A stretch of DNA of 64,000 nt, taken from the NCBI RefSeq assembly GCF_004010195.1, contig NC_057752.1, forward strand, positions 11,317,160 through 11,381,159, in the 5' to 3' direction. The notes beneath the pieces were generated by a model. The model did not search any database. It had not been told where the DNA came from and worked only from the letters and a program-made list of their open reading frames with translations. A program made the position numbers and the translations under genes. This DNA is from Chiloscyllium plagiosum. Taxonomy: Eukaryota. Positions 1-11,494 of this stretch are shown in pieces. Numbering within the stretch: position 1 is the stretch's first letter; each line of letters opens with the position of its first letter.

Positions 1-404
1 AAAGTGGACAACTGTTAATGTTATGTGCTTTGCAATTTGCGTAACCTGATGGATATAGGTGGGATTTCTATTAAAATCCTGAGGGGATTTGACCAGGTGA
101 ATGCTGAAAGATGTTTCTCCTTCTGGGAGAGACTAGAACAGAAGGATATGGTTCAAAATCTGAATTCAATTTTAATACCCAGATCAGGGATTGTATCGTC
201 ATACATTTGGAATTCTCTCCCCAGTGTCTGATGGAGGCAGGCTCATTGAATATTTTTAAGGCAGAGGTAGACTGGCTCTCCGGTCAGCCAATTTTGGGGG
301 TAGGCCAGGATATAGAATTGAGGTAAAGGTCAAATCAACCATGATCTTATTGAACAGTGGAGCAGGTTTGAGCATCTAAATGACCTATTCCTGCTGCTTA
401 TTTG

Positions 405-754
405 GACGATGTGGAGGTGCAGGTGTTGGACTGGTGTGGACAAGTTTAAAAATTTCACAACACCAGGTTATAGTCCAACGGGTATATTTGGAAACACTAG
501 CTTTGAGCGCTGCTTCTTCATCAGGTAACTGTGGAGCCGGATCATAAGACACAGAATTTATAGCGAAAGATCACTGTGTCATGCAACTGATATGATATAT
601 CGAACAAACCATTTCTGTTGCATGACACAGATTTTTTGCTATAAATTGTCTTGTGATCTGGCTCCACAGCTACCTGACAGTGGAGTAGCACTCCGAAAGC
701 TAGTGCTTCCAAATAAACCAGTTGGACTATAACCTGGTGTTGTGTGATTGTTAA
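405..754. mobile_element. Non-autonomous Penelope-like (pLTR-derived) element with inverted arms and two decayed hammerhead motifs
   Basis: About 445-538 is the reverse complement of about 661-754; tacCTGACAGtggagtagcactccGAAAgctagtg at about 671-705; flanked by cttatttg direct repeats (397-404, 755-762). Confidence 0.7.
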
Positions 755-834
755 CTTATTTGTATTCAAAGCTTGTGAGATTTGTAGCTCGGGTGCTCGT
801 TGTGGTTCTGTTCGCCAAGCTGGGAATTTGTGTT

Positions 835-874
835 GCAAACGTTTCGTCCCCTGTCAAGGTGACATCCTCAGTGC
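835..874 (-). ncRNA. Minimal type I hammerhead ribozyme motif (PLE pLTR), antisense to TFCP2
   Basis: Reverse complement: GCA-CUGAGGA-U-GUCACCU-UGAC-AGGGGAC-GAAA-CGUU-UGC. Confidence 0.75.
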
Positions 875-1062
875 TTGGGAGCCTCCTGTGAAGCGCTTCT
901 GTGATGTTTCCTCCAGCATTTATAGTTGTTTGTACCTGCCGCTTCCGGTTGTCAATTCCAGCTGTCCGCCTCAGTGGCCGGTATATTGGGTCCAGGTCGA
1001 TGTGCTTATTGATTGAATCTGTGGATGAGTGCCATGCCTCTAGGAATTCCCTGGCTGTTCTC

Positions 1063-1112
1063 NNNNNNNNNNNNNNNNNNNNNNNNNNNNNNNNNNNNNN
1101 NNNNNNNNNNNN
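1063..1112. other. Assembly gap (50 N)
   Basis: Run of n inside the Penelope inverted repeat. Confidence 0.99.
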
Positions 1113-1818
1113 GTTCTGGTGAGTTGTTGTCTGGGAGTGGCTGTTGGTTTGTGTGCTGTTATGAGTCCTAGTGGTCATAGTAGTCTGGCTGTCAGTTCAG
1201 AAATGTTTTTGATGTATGGTAGTGTGGCTAGTCCTTTGGGTTGCGGCATGTCCTCGTTCTGTTGTCTTTCCCTTCGGCATCTGTTGATGAAATTTGGGGG
1301 GTGTCCGTTTTTGGCGAATACATTGTATAGGTGTTCTTCTTCCTCTTTTTGCAGTTCTGGTGTACTGCAGTGTGTTGTGGCCCTTTTGAACAGTGTCTTG
1401 ATGCAACTTTTGTGTGTGTTGGGGTGGTTACTTTCGTAGTTTAGGACTTGGTCTTTGTGTGTGGCTTTCCTGTATACCTTTGTGACGAAATCTCCGTTCG
1501 GTGTTTTCTCTCTACCATCATGCCTAGGAATGGGAGTTGGTTGTCCTTTTCTTCCTCAGTAGCCACACACTCATGACAAGCAACATGAGTTTGACTGGGA
1601 CAACACTACTATTATAGGACAAGCCAAACAGAGAACAGCCAGGGAATTCCTAGAGGCATGGCACTCATCCACAGATTCAATCAATAAGCACATCGACCTG
1701 GACCCAATATACCGACCACTGCAACGGACAGCTGGAACTGACAACCAGAAGCGGCAGGTACAAATCACTATAAATGCTGGAGGAAACATCACAGAAGCGC
1801 TTCACAGGAGGCTCCCAA

Positions 1819-1858
1819 GCACTGAGGATGTCACCTAGACAGGGGACGAAACGTCTGC
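1819..1858 (+). ncRNA. Minimal type I hammerhead ribozyme motif (PLE pLTR), sense to TFCP2
   Basis: GCA-CUGAGGA-U-GUCACCU-AGAC-AGGGGAC-GAAA-CGUC-UGC: stem I GCA/UGC, intact core, palindromic ACGU in place of stem III, GUC cleavage triplet. Confidence 0.8.
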
Positions 1859-2471
1859 AACACAAATTCCCAGCTCGGCGAACAGAACCACAACAACACT
1901 TATTTATATGTTCTCCTTCTCCTCCCGCCCCAATAAAAAGACTTCTTTTTACAGCACACATTCTAATGATCTTTAAATGAAGCAATTGTTTAATTGGACA
2001 TTTTGGAAACACTTCAAAAGATTTTAATTTTCTTTAATAACTAGAACTTATCCTGTATTTTAAAAAAACCCGAAAGAACTGCGGGTGCTGTAAATTATAA
2101 ACTAACAAATTGCTGGACGAGCTCAGCAGGTCTTGCAGCATCTGTGGAGAGAAATCAGTTAACGTTTTGGATTGAGTGACCCTTCCCCAGAAGGGTTCTG
2201 TATGCTTTGTGAAAGCCATTTAAGGTGATTTAAACTGGGTTACTGCTGGATTAGGAACCCTGTCTTTTTTTTAAAATGATAAACCCATTTCAAATATGCT
2301 CCACATAGTTGCCAATATCAAGGACATAGAGATGTGTACAGCATGGGAACAGACACTTCAGTCCAACTTGTCCATGCCGACCAGACATTCTACATTAACC
2401 TAATCTAGTCTCCACAGTAAACACTGGTGCTATCAAAATATTTAAAAATACATTTTTAAGATGTTGGTTTT

Positions 2472-2773
2472 TTAGATTAGATTACATTAGTGTGGAAACA
2501 GGCCCTTCGGCCCAACAAGTCCACACCGACCTGCCGAAGCGCAACCCACCCATACCCCTACATTTACCCCTTACCTAACACTACGGGCAATTTAGCATGG
2601 CCAATTCACCTGGCCTGCACATCTTTGGACTGTGGGAGGAAACCGGAGCACCTGGAGGAAACCCACGCAGGCACGGGGAGAACGTGCAAACTCCACACAG
2701 TCAGTCGCCTGAGGCGGGAATTGAACCTGGATCTCTGGCGCTGAGGCAGCAGTGCTAACCACCGTGCCGCCCA
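2472..2773 (-). mobile_element. Full-length HE1-like shark tRNA-derived SINE
   Basis: Reverse complement of the 16959-17261 copy; tRNA-like head, CR1-type tail with aatct repeats. Confidence 0.85.
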
Positions 2774-3003
2774 CTATTGGTTGTGCTAGCTTTCAGAAGA
2801 TTTGTGTTTAGCAACATGACAATAAACAAGCAGCAACTTCAATCAAATCACTTAAACCGAATGTTTTTCACCCTGAATTTCAAAATCTTGGCTCCATCCA
2901 TTGTATATGTCCTGCTTATTGATCAAATATTGTGGCAAGATTCTGTTGAGGGAAGTAATCAAAATTTGTATATTTAATTTCCTAAATTCTGTTCTAAATT
3001 TAG

Positions 3004-3155
3004 TGATGTCCTTGCGCTGCCAATCTTCAAACAGGAAGAGTCCAACTTGCCACCAGAGAATGAGAATAAACTGCTACCCTTTCAGTATGTCCTGTGTGCT
3101 GCTACCTCTCCAGCTGTGAAGCTCCATGATGAAACACTAACATATCTTAACCAAG
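3004..3155 (+). CDS. TFCP2: TFCP2 coding exon (exon 2 equivalent), 152 nt
   Basis: tttag| acceptor, CAAG|gtaag donor; encodes (S)[50 protein letters not shown](G), recognisably TFCP2/LSF. Confidence 0.96.
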
Positions 3156-3407
3156 GTAAGGACGAGGGCTGCACTCTGGCTAAACTTTTATAAGTAATTC
3201 CAGTGTTGTTACTTAAACAGCTTGTAAATTAGCTGGTCTGATGCATTCTGGTGAGGGTGTCTGATGGCCTGCAATATATAAATGCAGTTCATTTCAGATT
3301 CTTGATTTGGATTCTTGCCCTCTTCTTAAAATTCCATTTTAAACAATTTTTTTGATGTATTGTAAAGATAATTTGGGTTAAGTATTCTGGTTTGTTCTGT
3401 TTTTCAG

Positions 3408-3484
3408 GGCAGTCGTATGAAATTCGGATGCTTGACAATCGGAAAATTGGGGAGTTGCCTGAAATCAATGGCAAATATGTGAAG
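3408..3484 (+). CDS. TFCP2: TFCP2 exon 3 equivalent, 77 nt
   Basis: ttttcag| ... AAG|gtggga; (G)[25 protein letters not shown]; phase compatible with previous exon. Confidence 0.95.
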
Positions 3485-4049
3485 GTGGGAAAAGTAGAAC
3501 ATTTGTTGCCTGTTTTGCTTGACTGTGCCATTTTTATCATATTAGAATAAGTTAGCAATTTGTAATGCATTGTGTTGCCATGTTTCCTAATGGGAGGTGG
3601 ACTGATTAATGTAGATTTGAAAGCCAATCTGTTAATAAATGTGTAACTGGACATATATAACTTGTTAGGTGCGAGGAAAGGAAATTAAATCAGTATTAAT
3701 GAGCAATGGGTATTAATGGTTTTTTAAATATAAGTACAAGCTCATTAATTGTAATCCTTTGAATCTTTGAATGTCAGTCGGTTGAATGAGAGGATCAGGT
3801 TGCCTGTTGAATTAAAAATTGTACTTGTTAAAAGTGTATTTGTTACGTTAAAGTCCAAGCATCCGCCCACTGAACCAAGTCAAGAGCTTCTGTAAATCCA
3901 GCATTGATCAAGTTTTTTATTGTATGACCATGTTTGAATTGCTTCTGATTTTCCATGCCCTTGAACACAGTTTCATTAGGAGGTATAACAACTGAACAAC
4001 ACACAATACATTGCGGGTGATGGGAATTATTAATTGTCAGTGAAATGTG

Positions 4050-4830
4050 TTTGATTGTTATGTGGGTGTTAGGTTTTAACTGGGACTTCACACTTGCCCT
4101 TGAAAACAGACATGGTGCGAGGTTGAGGTCTGGGTTGAAATTTGTATTTCCAGGTCAGGATGGTGAGTGGCTTGAAGGGGAACTTTATGGGGTGGTGTTC
4201 CCAAGTTTGTGTTGTCCTCGCCCTTGATGGAGATGGTCATAGATTTGGAAGGATTTTTCCAATTTCTGCAGTGCATCTAGTCAATGAGGCACGCTACTAC
4301 TGAATGTCAGTAGTGGAAGGAATAGATGTTTTATGGATGTGGTGTCAGTGAAGTGGGCTACTTTGTCCTGGGTGCTGTTGGAGCTGCACTCATTCAGGCA
4401 AATTGGGAGCATATTCCATCACATTCCTGACTTGGTGGGCAGGCTTTTCGAAGTCAGGAGGTGAGTTACACACTAGCCTCTGACCAGCTTTTGTCATCAC
4501 TTTTTATGTGGCGATTCCTGGTGAATAATAGACCCCCAAAATGTTAATAGTGGGGGATTCAGTGGTAATGCTATTGTCATGGGATATTGGTTAGATTGTG
4601 TTTCTTATTGGAAATGGTCAATGCCTGGAATTTGTGTGGTGCGAGTGTCACTTGCCACTTTTCAGCTCAAGCCTGGCTATCGTTCAGGTCATCTTGCATT
4701 TGAGCATGGACTGCTTCAGCATCTGAAGAATTGCGAATGGCGCTGAACATTGCGCAGACATCAGTGAACATCCTTACTTCTGACCTTGCAGAGGTCATTG
4801 ATGCAGCTGAAGATGGTTGGGCCTAGGACC
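4050..4830 (-). mobile_element. Degenerate LINE (CR1/L2 group, second family) 3' region
   Basis: Reverse-complement similarity to 18080-18540 and 34080-34220; no intact ORF. Confidence 0.5.
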
Positions 4831-4944
4831 AAGTAACTACCTTCTCCTGTAACAGAGCCAATTCCTGGAGACTGAAAAAGTTAGGGAAACCAAATGCAAC
4901 AGAGTACTCCTTTCTCTTTAACTCCAACAAAGCTGTCAGGATCG

Positions 4945-5385
4945 GAGGGATTGTGCTATAGGGAGAGGCTGACTAGACTGGGAGTTATTTTCCCTGGAGC
5001 TTCGGAGGTTGAAGGGTGACCTTATAGAGGTTTATGAAATCATGAGGATTGTGGCTAGAGTAAATAGATAAGGTCTTTTCCCTGGGCTAGGGGAGCTCCA
5101 GACTCGAGGGCACAGGTTTAAGGTGAAAGGGCAAGGATTTTAAAGGGACAATGTTTTCATGCAGAGGGTGTGCGTGTAAGGAATGAGCTGCCAGAGGTGG
5201 TGGCGTAGGTTGGTACAAATACAACATTTAAAAGGCATCTGCATGGATATATGAATAGCAAGGGTTTATAGGGATATGGGCTTAGTGCTGGCAAATGGGA
5301 CTAGGTCAGTTTAAGATATGGTTGGTATGGATGAGTTGGACCAAAGGGTCTCTTTCCATGCTGTATATTTCAGTGACTGTATAGT
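4945..5385 (+). mobile_element. CR1 (HER1-like) LINE 3' fragment
   Basis: Encodes LFSLE.RRL.GDLIEVY.IM motif; 3' UTR shared with the SINE tail. Confidence 0.8.
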
Positions 5386-5735
5386 GTCTGAATCCCTTTC
5401 TCTGTCAGGGTCCCATTGTCTAGGTGATAGTTAATGGTTTGTCTCCACCCAATTAAACACCCAAGTGAAAGCCTAGATCCTGCTAATCAGATAAGGGATG
5501 CTGTTGAAGTCACTGTCTTTGGTGGGTTTTACATACTAGAGGATTCTGTCTTATTGTTATTGGAATGTAGGAGTTAGTGATGCAAATTGTTTAGCCATCT
5601 TTGACTGAGAATTCAAGTCACTGAATTTAATATTGATTCCTTGCAGCTATTGATGTGTCCTCGAGTATGACGACATTGCTGTGAAGTAAACCTTGCACAA
5701 ATGAAACTTGACACAAAGAATGATAAAGCTTATTT

Positions 5736-6225
5736 TTGGGAAGAGTACAGAAAAGGTTTACCAGGACATTGCCTGGTATGGGCACGATTGTTAGTTGGCG
5801 GTTGGCTAGACTGGGTTTGCGTTCACTGGAATGCAGGAGGTTGAGGGGTGACCTGCTAGAAGTTTATAAGATTGTGAATGGCATGGATAGAGTGGAAAGT
5901 ATGAGGCTTTTTTCCAGGGTGGAGGGGTCAGTTACTCGGGGACACAGGTGCAAGGTGGGGCGGGGTGGGAGAGTTTAAAAGAGCCGTGTGAGGCAAACTT
6001 TTCACACAAGGTGGTGAGTGCCTGGAACATGTTGCCAGAGGAGGTGGTTGAAACAGACACAATAGCAGCATTCAAGAAGCATCTGGACCAATACATGAAT
6101 AGGAAGGGAATAGAGGGATATAATATGGATCCTGTAACTGAAGACAGTTTTAGTATGGAAGAACAAAATGTAGTAGTGGAGACTTGGAGGGCCTGTTCCT
6201 GTGCTGTATTGTTCTTTGTTCTTGC
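5736..6225 (+). mobile_element. CR1 LINE 3' fragment
   Basis: RVQKRFTRTLPG...SLECRRLRGDLLEVYKIVNGMDRV. Confidence 0.85.
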
Positions 6226-7179
6226 ACTTTACCCAGTCAGCACATTATTGTAACTTTTTAACAAAGCCTCATGTTTCTCATTGGAATGTTAGGGTGATGA
6301 GGGTAATAGGTAATTGACTTAAAATTGCGTGCACAATACTCTCGCCCTACTTATTGAAGGTTAAAACGCTGCTGAGTGATGCAGGCTTGGTTATACAAAG
6401 CTAATGGAGATTAGTGGGTAAAGATGTCACCGTATTCTATTTAACCAAAAAACTATAAGCAATAGGAGCAGGAGTAGGCCAATCAGCCCCTTGAGCTTGT
6501 TCCACCATTCAATAGGATCATGGCTAATTTGACATGTCCTCTTGCCTATCATTTTCCCATACCCCTTGATATCCTGACTGATTGCGAACCTTATCTATCT
6601 CAGCCTTAAATATGCACAAAGACTCTGTCCCTACAGCTCTCTGTGTGGCAAGGAGTTCTAAAGATACTCACCCCTCTGAGAGAAGAAATTCCTCCTCATC
6701 TTAGTCTTTAATTACCGCTTTATTCTGAGACTGTACGCCCTCTGGTCCTAGACCCTCCCATGAGGGGAAGCATCCTCTCAGCACTTACCCTGTCAGAGAT
6801 TATTTCACGTTCTTATAAACTTTCCCAGTGTGGGTATTTATCAGTGAGACTTGCTGAAATAGATTGCGTTCACCCAAAAATAGATTGCACAATGTTGCTT
6901 GTCCTCATCCAAGGAAAGTTTTCAGCCACCTTGTTGCAGGTTAATGATTTATTGCAGCAATGTGAAGTTACAGAAATGTTATTAATAAGATTAGAGTTTA
7001 AAATTGGGAGTCAAGCTACTGGGGTCTTTGGTTTAGATATTAAGCAAAGAAGGCCTGGAATAGCACTAAATCAACAACCCTATTGCGACTTCCATTCCAG
7101 TTAGTTATGTTAGATCATCCCAAAATCTCTATACCTATTGATGGGAGAGCAGTTGTGCAGCTTGATATCAACGGACAAT

Positions 7180-7730
7180 AATAAGGTGGTTATGCTGGAA
7201 CTGTGCAAAATGCTAGTTCGGCCACAGTTGGAGCACTGCATGCAGTTCTGGCCACTACACTGTAGGAGCGATGTGATTTGCACCAGAGAGGTGATTTGCC
7301 AACCAGAATGCAGCCTGGGCTGGAAGGTCTGAGCTGTGGGGAAAGATCAGTTAGGCTGGGAAAGGTTTTCTTGGAGCAGCAAAGGCCGAGAACTGACCTG
7401 ATAAAAGGTTGAGGGGCATAGATGAGGAAGGCATCTTTTTCTATCAGTAGAGGGATCAATAATTATACAGCGTAGATTTAAGATAATAGGTAGAAGCAAA
7501 GAAGAACATTAAGAATTCTTTTCACTCTGAGGATGGTGGGAGTCTGGAACTCTCTGCCTGAAAAGGTAGTTAAATTAGAAGCAGTTTTTAGATGTATGCT
7601 TGTGTTGCATTTAGTCCCTCCAGGCTTTGGACCAAGAGCTGGAAAATGGGATTAGTGTAGCCAGATCTTTGACTGACATGGACAAAATAGTCTGAATGGT
7701 TGCCTCCTGTGCTGTGAACATCTGTATCTA
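7180..7730 (+). mobile_element. Degenerate CR1 LINE 3' fragment
   Basis: VMLELCKMLVRPQLEHCMQFW. Confidence 0.75.
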
Positions 7731-8863
7731 TAGTTGATTCAGCTGGTTGGCTATTCTGCTTCGACCTAATGCTAGTTTTGATGTGTTGGAGTTAATACTA
7801 CTATAAAACAGCCTAAAATCATGAGGCAAATAAAACATTCATTTGAAAAATCTGGAAAAATGTACATTAAATTTCCATGTTTAGATGATCTGAAGAACAT
7901 AGTGATATATTTTTAGTGATGCTTCACATGCTAATCTTACTGATGTTCAAGTGCAGTGGTTTTGTAATATGTCTCATGGGGAAAAATGGGGCCCCTGCCT
8001 TTAGCTTAAGAAGCTAAAGAAATAACAGGTGTTAAAAGTATTTTAGCTGCTGAAACAACGGCTCCTGTCAAAGCAATTTCTTACATACTTTGACAAACAG
8101 AATCTAAGAATTTTTACAAGATATCCAATGAAGGATGTTTTACCTAATGAAGGTTATGTAGCTAGTCTTTCATTTTGGGATGATGCATACTCAAAAGTGC
8201 AAGTGAAAAAGTGATTAACCCTTCTCACTTAAAACAATGCTGGAGACAAAAGGAAGGAGAATTGGTGACTGTAAGTATTCAACTGAATTTTTGCTTTACA
8301 AAAGCTCTTTGGGGGGGGGAAGAGAATAAGTATGTTAAAGGTCTGGTAAAATTGGCATGGTCTTGCAGTGTGGTTCTTTGTACAGAATATGAAGGTTTCT
8401 GCTAACTTTTTTTGAAATTTGAGTGCTTGTGTGTTTTTTCCTAGAAGTGTTGAGATCTCCGCAGATCCTGTAAGATTAGTGAGGACTGCTGGGATAGTGT
8501 TCTACAGAATATGCTGAAGTGCAATAAGCATTTGTGTGTTTTAAGTGTAGGATGAGCGTGGGAAAGGTTTTACTATGTCTTAAAATGTTCTGTTTTAAAA
8601 CCAGGGTAGTTATTAAAGCAAGTGGATGTGAGGAGTGACTAACCCTGTGAATAGTACCATGGCTGGCAATTTTGGGGAAAAAATTTATCCCCTCATTATT
8701 CTCATCTATCTTATCACTTGTGATTCATTGTAATCTTGCTGTTGACTCAACCTACTTATTCATTTTAATTTTGATATGCAATTATATTGGCATAAGTGTA
8801 AGGTAAGCATGAGCAATTGGGGTAATTCATGAAAACATTGCTTTCCTTTTGTCTCCCCACTAG

Positions 8864-8969
8864 AGTATTATCCGAGTGGTGTTTCACGACCGGCGTCTAC
8901 AGTACACTGAGCACCAGCAGTTGGAAGGATGGAGGTGGAACCGGCCAGGAGACAGGATCCTAGATTTAG
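8864..8969 (+). CDS. TFCP2: TFCP2 exon 4 equivalent, 106 nt
   Basis: ccccactag| ... TTAG|gtaaat; [35 protein letters not shown](D). Confidence 0.96.
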
Positions 8970-9027
8970 GTAAATTGGTGCAGTGCAGACTTTCAGGCAT
9001 GCATGTAAACATTGTTTTTACTGCACT

Positions 9028-9154
9028 CAAAACAATGACTGCAGATGCTGGAAACCAGATTCTGGATTAGTGGTGCTGGAAGAGCACAGCAGTTCAGGTA
9101 GTATCCAAGGAGCTTCGAAATCGACGTTTCGGGCAAAAGCCCTTCATCAGGAAT
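9028..9154 (-). mobile_element. Short PLE-derived element with intact-core hammerhead motif (about 9119-9154)
   Basis: Reverse complement attcCTGATGAaGGGCttttGCCCGAAAcgtcgatt; nearly identical to 28121-28232. Confidence 0.75.
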
Positions 9155-10450
9155 CTTTTTGCCTGAAACATTGTTTTGAGTGCTTCAGGCCAAGGGCATG
9201 TTTAATCTAACATTTGACTTGATGTGCAAAAGTTGTTGTATTATGCAAAATCCTGAATGAGCGGATTCCCATCTTGACAAACTGCAGCATGCTCTTGATG
9301 CTGAATTAATTTTCTCTTAACCTACGTCAGTGCAGCATTACAAGCTGTCCATATCTGTAGTCTTTCCACATTAGTGGAATATATGTTGAGCAGGTGCTTG
9401 CCCCTCCTTGGCAGGGAATGATTTGAAGTTTTATCATCCCAGGCCATGCTCACATGAAGATATGTGAGAAATATTGGAGACGAGGTAATTGCGTACCTCT
9501 AGGTTTCTAAATGGCACTTGGCAAGGAATGATAATTCCCTCAGAAGCCAGATGGTGACCTAAGAAGCCAGATACCAGCCTTTCCTTAATAATGGATTTAT
9601 TCACCAGAATGCAGCATTATGCTACTACCATGTTACAAAAGCCCAATTAATGCATTTTAGCTGTGTATCCATAACCTTGATAACAGTTAACAAAACAATA
9701 TTTCAAAATACAGAAAATAATAAATTTTCCTATCCTGTATAATGCATCATATGCAAGACCCTGTTCTAGAATCTCCACTAAGCATTTTGAGAGAGCATTT
9801 GCTTTTGTAAAAGAATCTTAACAATTACCTTGTGTTGACCAAGTTTACATTGGAGATGTATTTTCTATCCAATATTTCTTTGACATTAACAAGATCAATC
9901 CTTAACCTTTCTGGAGTTGTACTTTTTTGTCGAATGTACTTTCTCCCTCAGGGAGCAATAAGCTATATGATATTCAATGGGTAAACTCAAATTTTCAGAC
10001 TCCCCTACCCCAGATACACCCAGTATAAATTTTTCCTAAAATATGCTACAAGGAAAACGCCATATCTATTGCTTTTGAGGGCCAGTGTTCTTGCAGCTGC
10101 ACTTTTTGCTTCTATTCTCTTAGCTTCCCAGGCCAAAGGAAAATATGTTTTGTTTTCATCCACCAAGGATGCTATAATGCTCACTTGTACTCTAGCACTG
10201 ATGTTTGGCATGACAATCATCACTGAGAAGGACTAATTTCATAGCTTACCTTTTGGGTTCCTCAAGGCTTGAGTATGCATTGTCCTGTATTTAATTTTTT
10301 AAAATGTTTTATGTGACTGTCGATCATCCACAACTGTAGGATGTTTTATCATGCCACTATAACGGTTCAGTTCCTGCAATAACCAAGTGCTGTTTATCTG
10401 CACACAAGTAGTATTTTTTCCAGATTGAAGCAAAGTTAAGTCGACCTCTA

Positions 10451-10607
10451 CAGAGGAACCTCAATTATTCGAATTTCGGATTATTTTCCAAGATCGTAAG
10501 GTCCAGATGCTTGGCTAAACTGTTATCTGGCATTCGATTATCCAGAATTCGATTAATTGAACGAAATACTTCCCACGTGTGTCCTTCAGATAATCGAGGG
10601 TCCTCTG
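10451..10607. mobile_element. Tc1/mariner-type (Tigger/pogo-like) MITE
   Basis: TIRs cagaggaacctcaattat / ataatcgagggtcctctg, TA on both sides; second copy at 28462-28620. Confidence 0.85.
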
Positions 10608-11194
10608 TATATTTAAATGTACCTAAATCCTGACACCCAATTTTAAACTCACTACTATTATTGCTTACAAACAAATTGCTCAAATTACATAGAACCTATC
10701 CACAGAGAATCATCATGCATCATAAAAATGTCTGAGACTTTTAGATTGTGGTATGATTAGAACATTGTTAGATCTGGTTTCAGTTGAATATAACCTTTTA
10801 GCAAGATAGGCTTAACTAAGGAATATCCATATCCCTAATGATACCATAATCATTCAGTTCATAAATGCATTTGTTTATTCTCAAGTCTTTCATCACTAGC
10901 CTCTTTAGAAGGTTTCAAGTACAATCAGTTAGAAATAAGACCATAAGACATAGGAGCAGAAACTAGACTGTTAAGCTTATTGAGTCTGCTCTGCCATTCA
11001 ATCAGGGCTGATATGTTTCTCAACCCCATTCTCCCGCTTTTCTCCCCGTAACCCTTTTCCTGGTGATTATCCTGCGTTCATTTGAATATGTTGCCAATGA
11101 GGAAAATTTCAGGATTACTTTTCGTGCTATGGGGGAGTCCACTCCTAATATCTTGATTTCCGATTTAAAGAAAACACAGAAAATACTGGACAAA

Positions 11195-11428
11195 CTCAGT
11201 CGGTCTGGCAGCATCTGTTGAGAGAAACCGTTAACATTTCAAATCCGACATGATTCTTCAGTTGAGTTGCAAGAAAGATTCATAATAGACTCAAAACATC
11301 AACACTGAGAGAAAGAGTGTTGATGTTTTGAGTCTATTATGAATCTTTCTTGCAACTCACAACTGAAGAATCATCATGTCGGATTTGAACTGTTAACTGG
11401 TTCTCTCACAGATGCTGCCAGACTGGCT
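11195..11428. repeat. Long inverted repeat of PLE-derived sequence with a perfect 43-bp inner stem
   Basis: 11264-11306 is the exact reverse complement of 11316-11358, 9-nt loop; imperfect arms extend outward. Confidence 0.9.
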
Positions 11429-11494
11429 AAGGTTCTTGTGCATTTTGAGTTATTTCAGGTTTCCGACGTCTGCCGTACTTTGCTTTTATTTTAA

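Larger units (their letters stand above)
766..1897 (-). mobile_element. Penelope-like retroelement (Poseidon-like), 5'-truncated, with inverted 3' copy (about 1558-1897 on +)
   Basis: Minus strand reads RT C-terminal region TLFKRATTHCSTPEL and GIY-YIG C-terminus AREFLEAWHSSTDSINKHIDLDPIY; in-frame stop; inverted duplicate; near-TSD acttatttgtat/acttatttatat. Confidence 0.88.
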
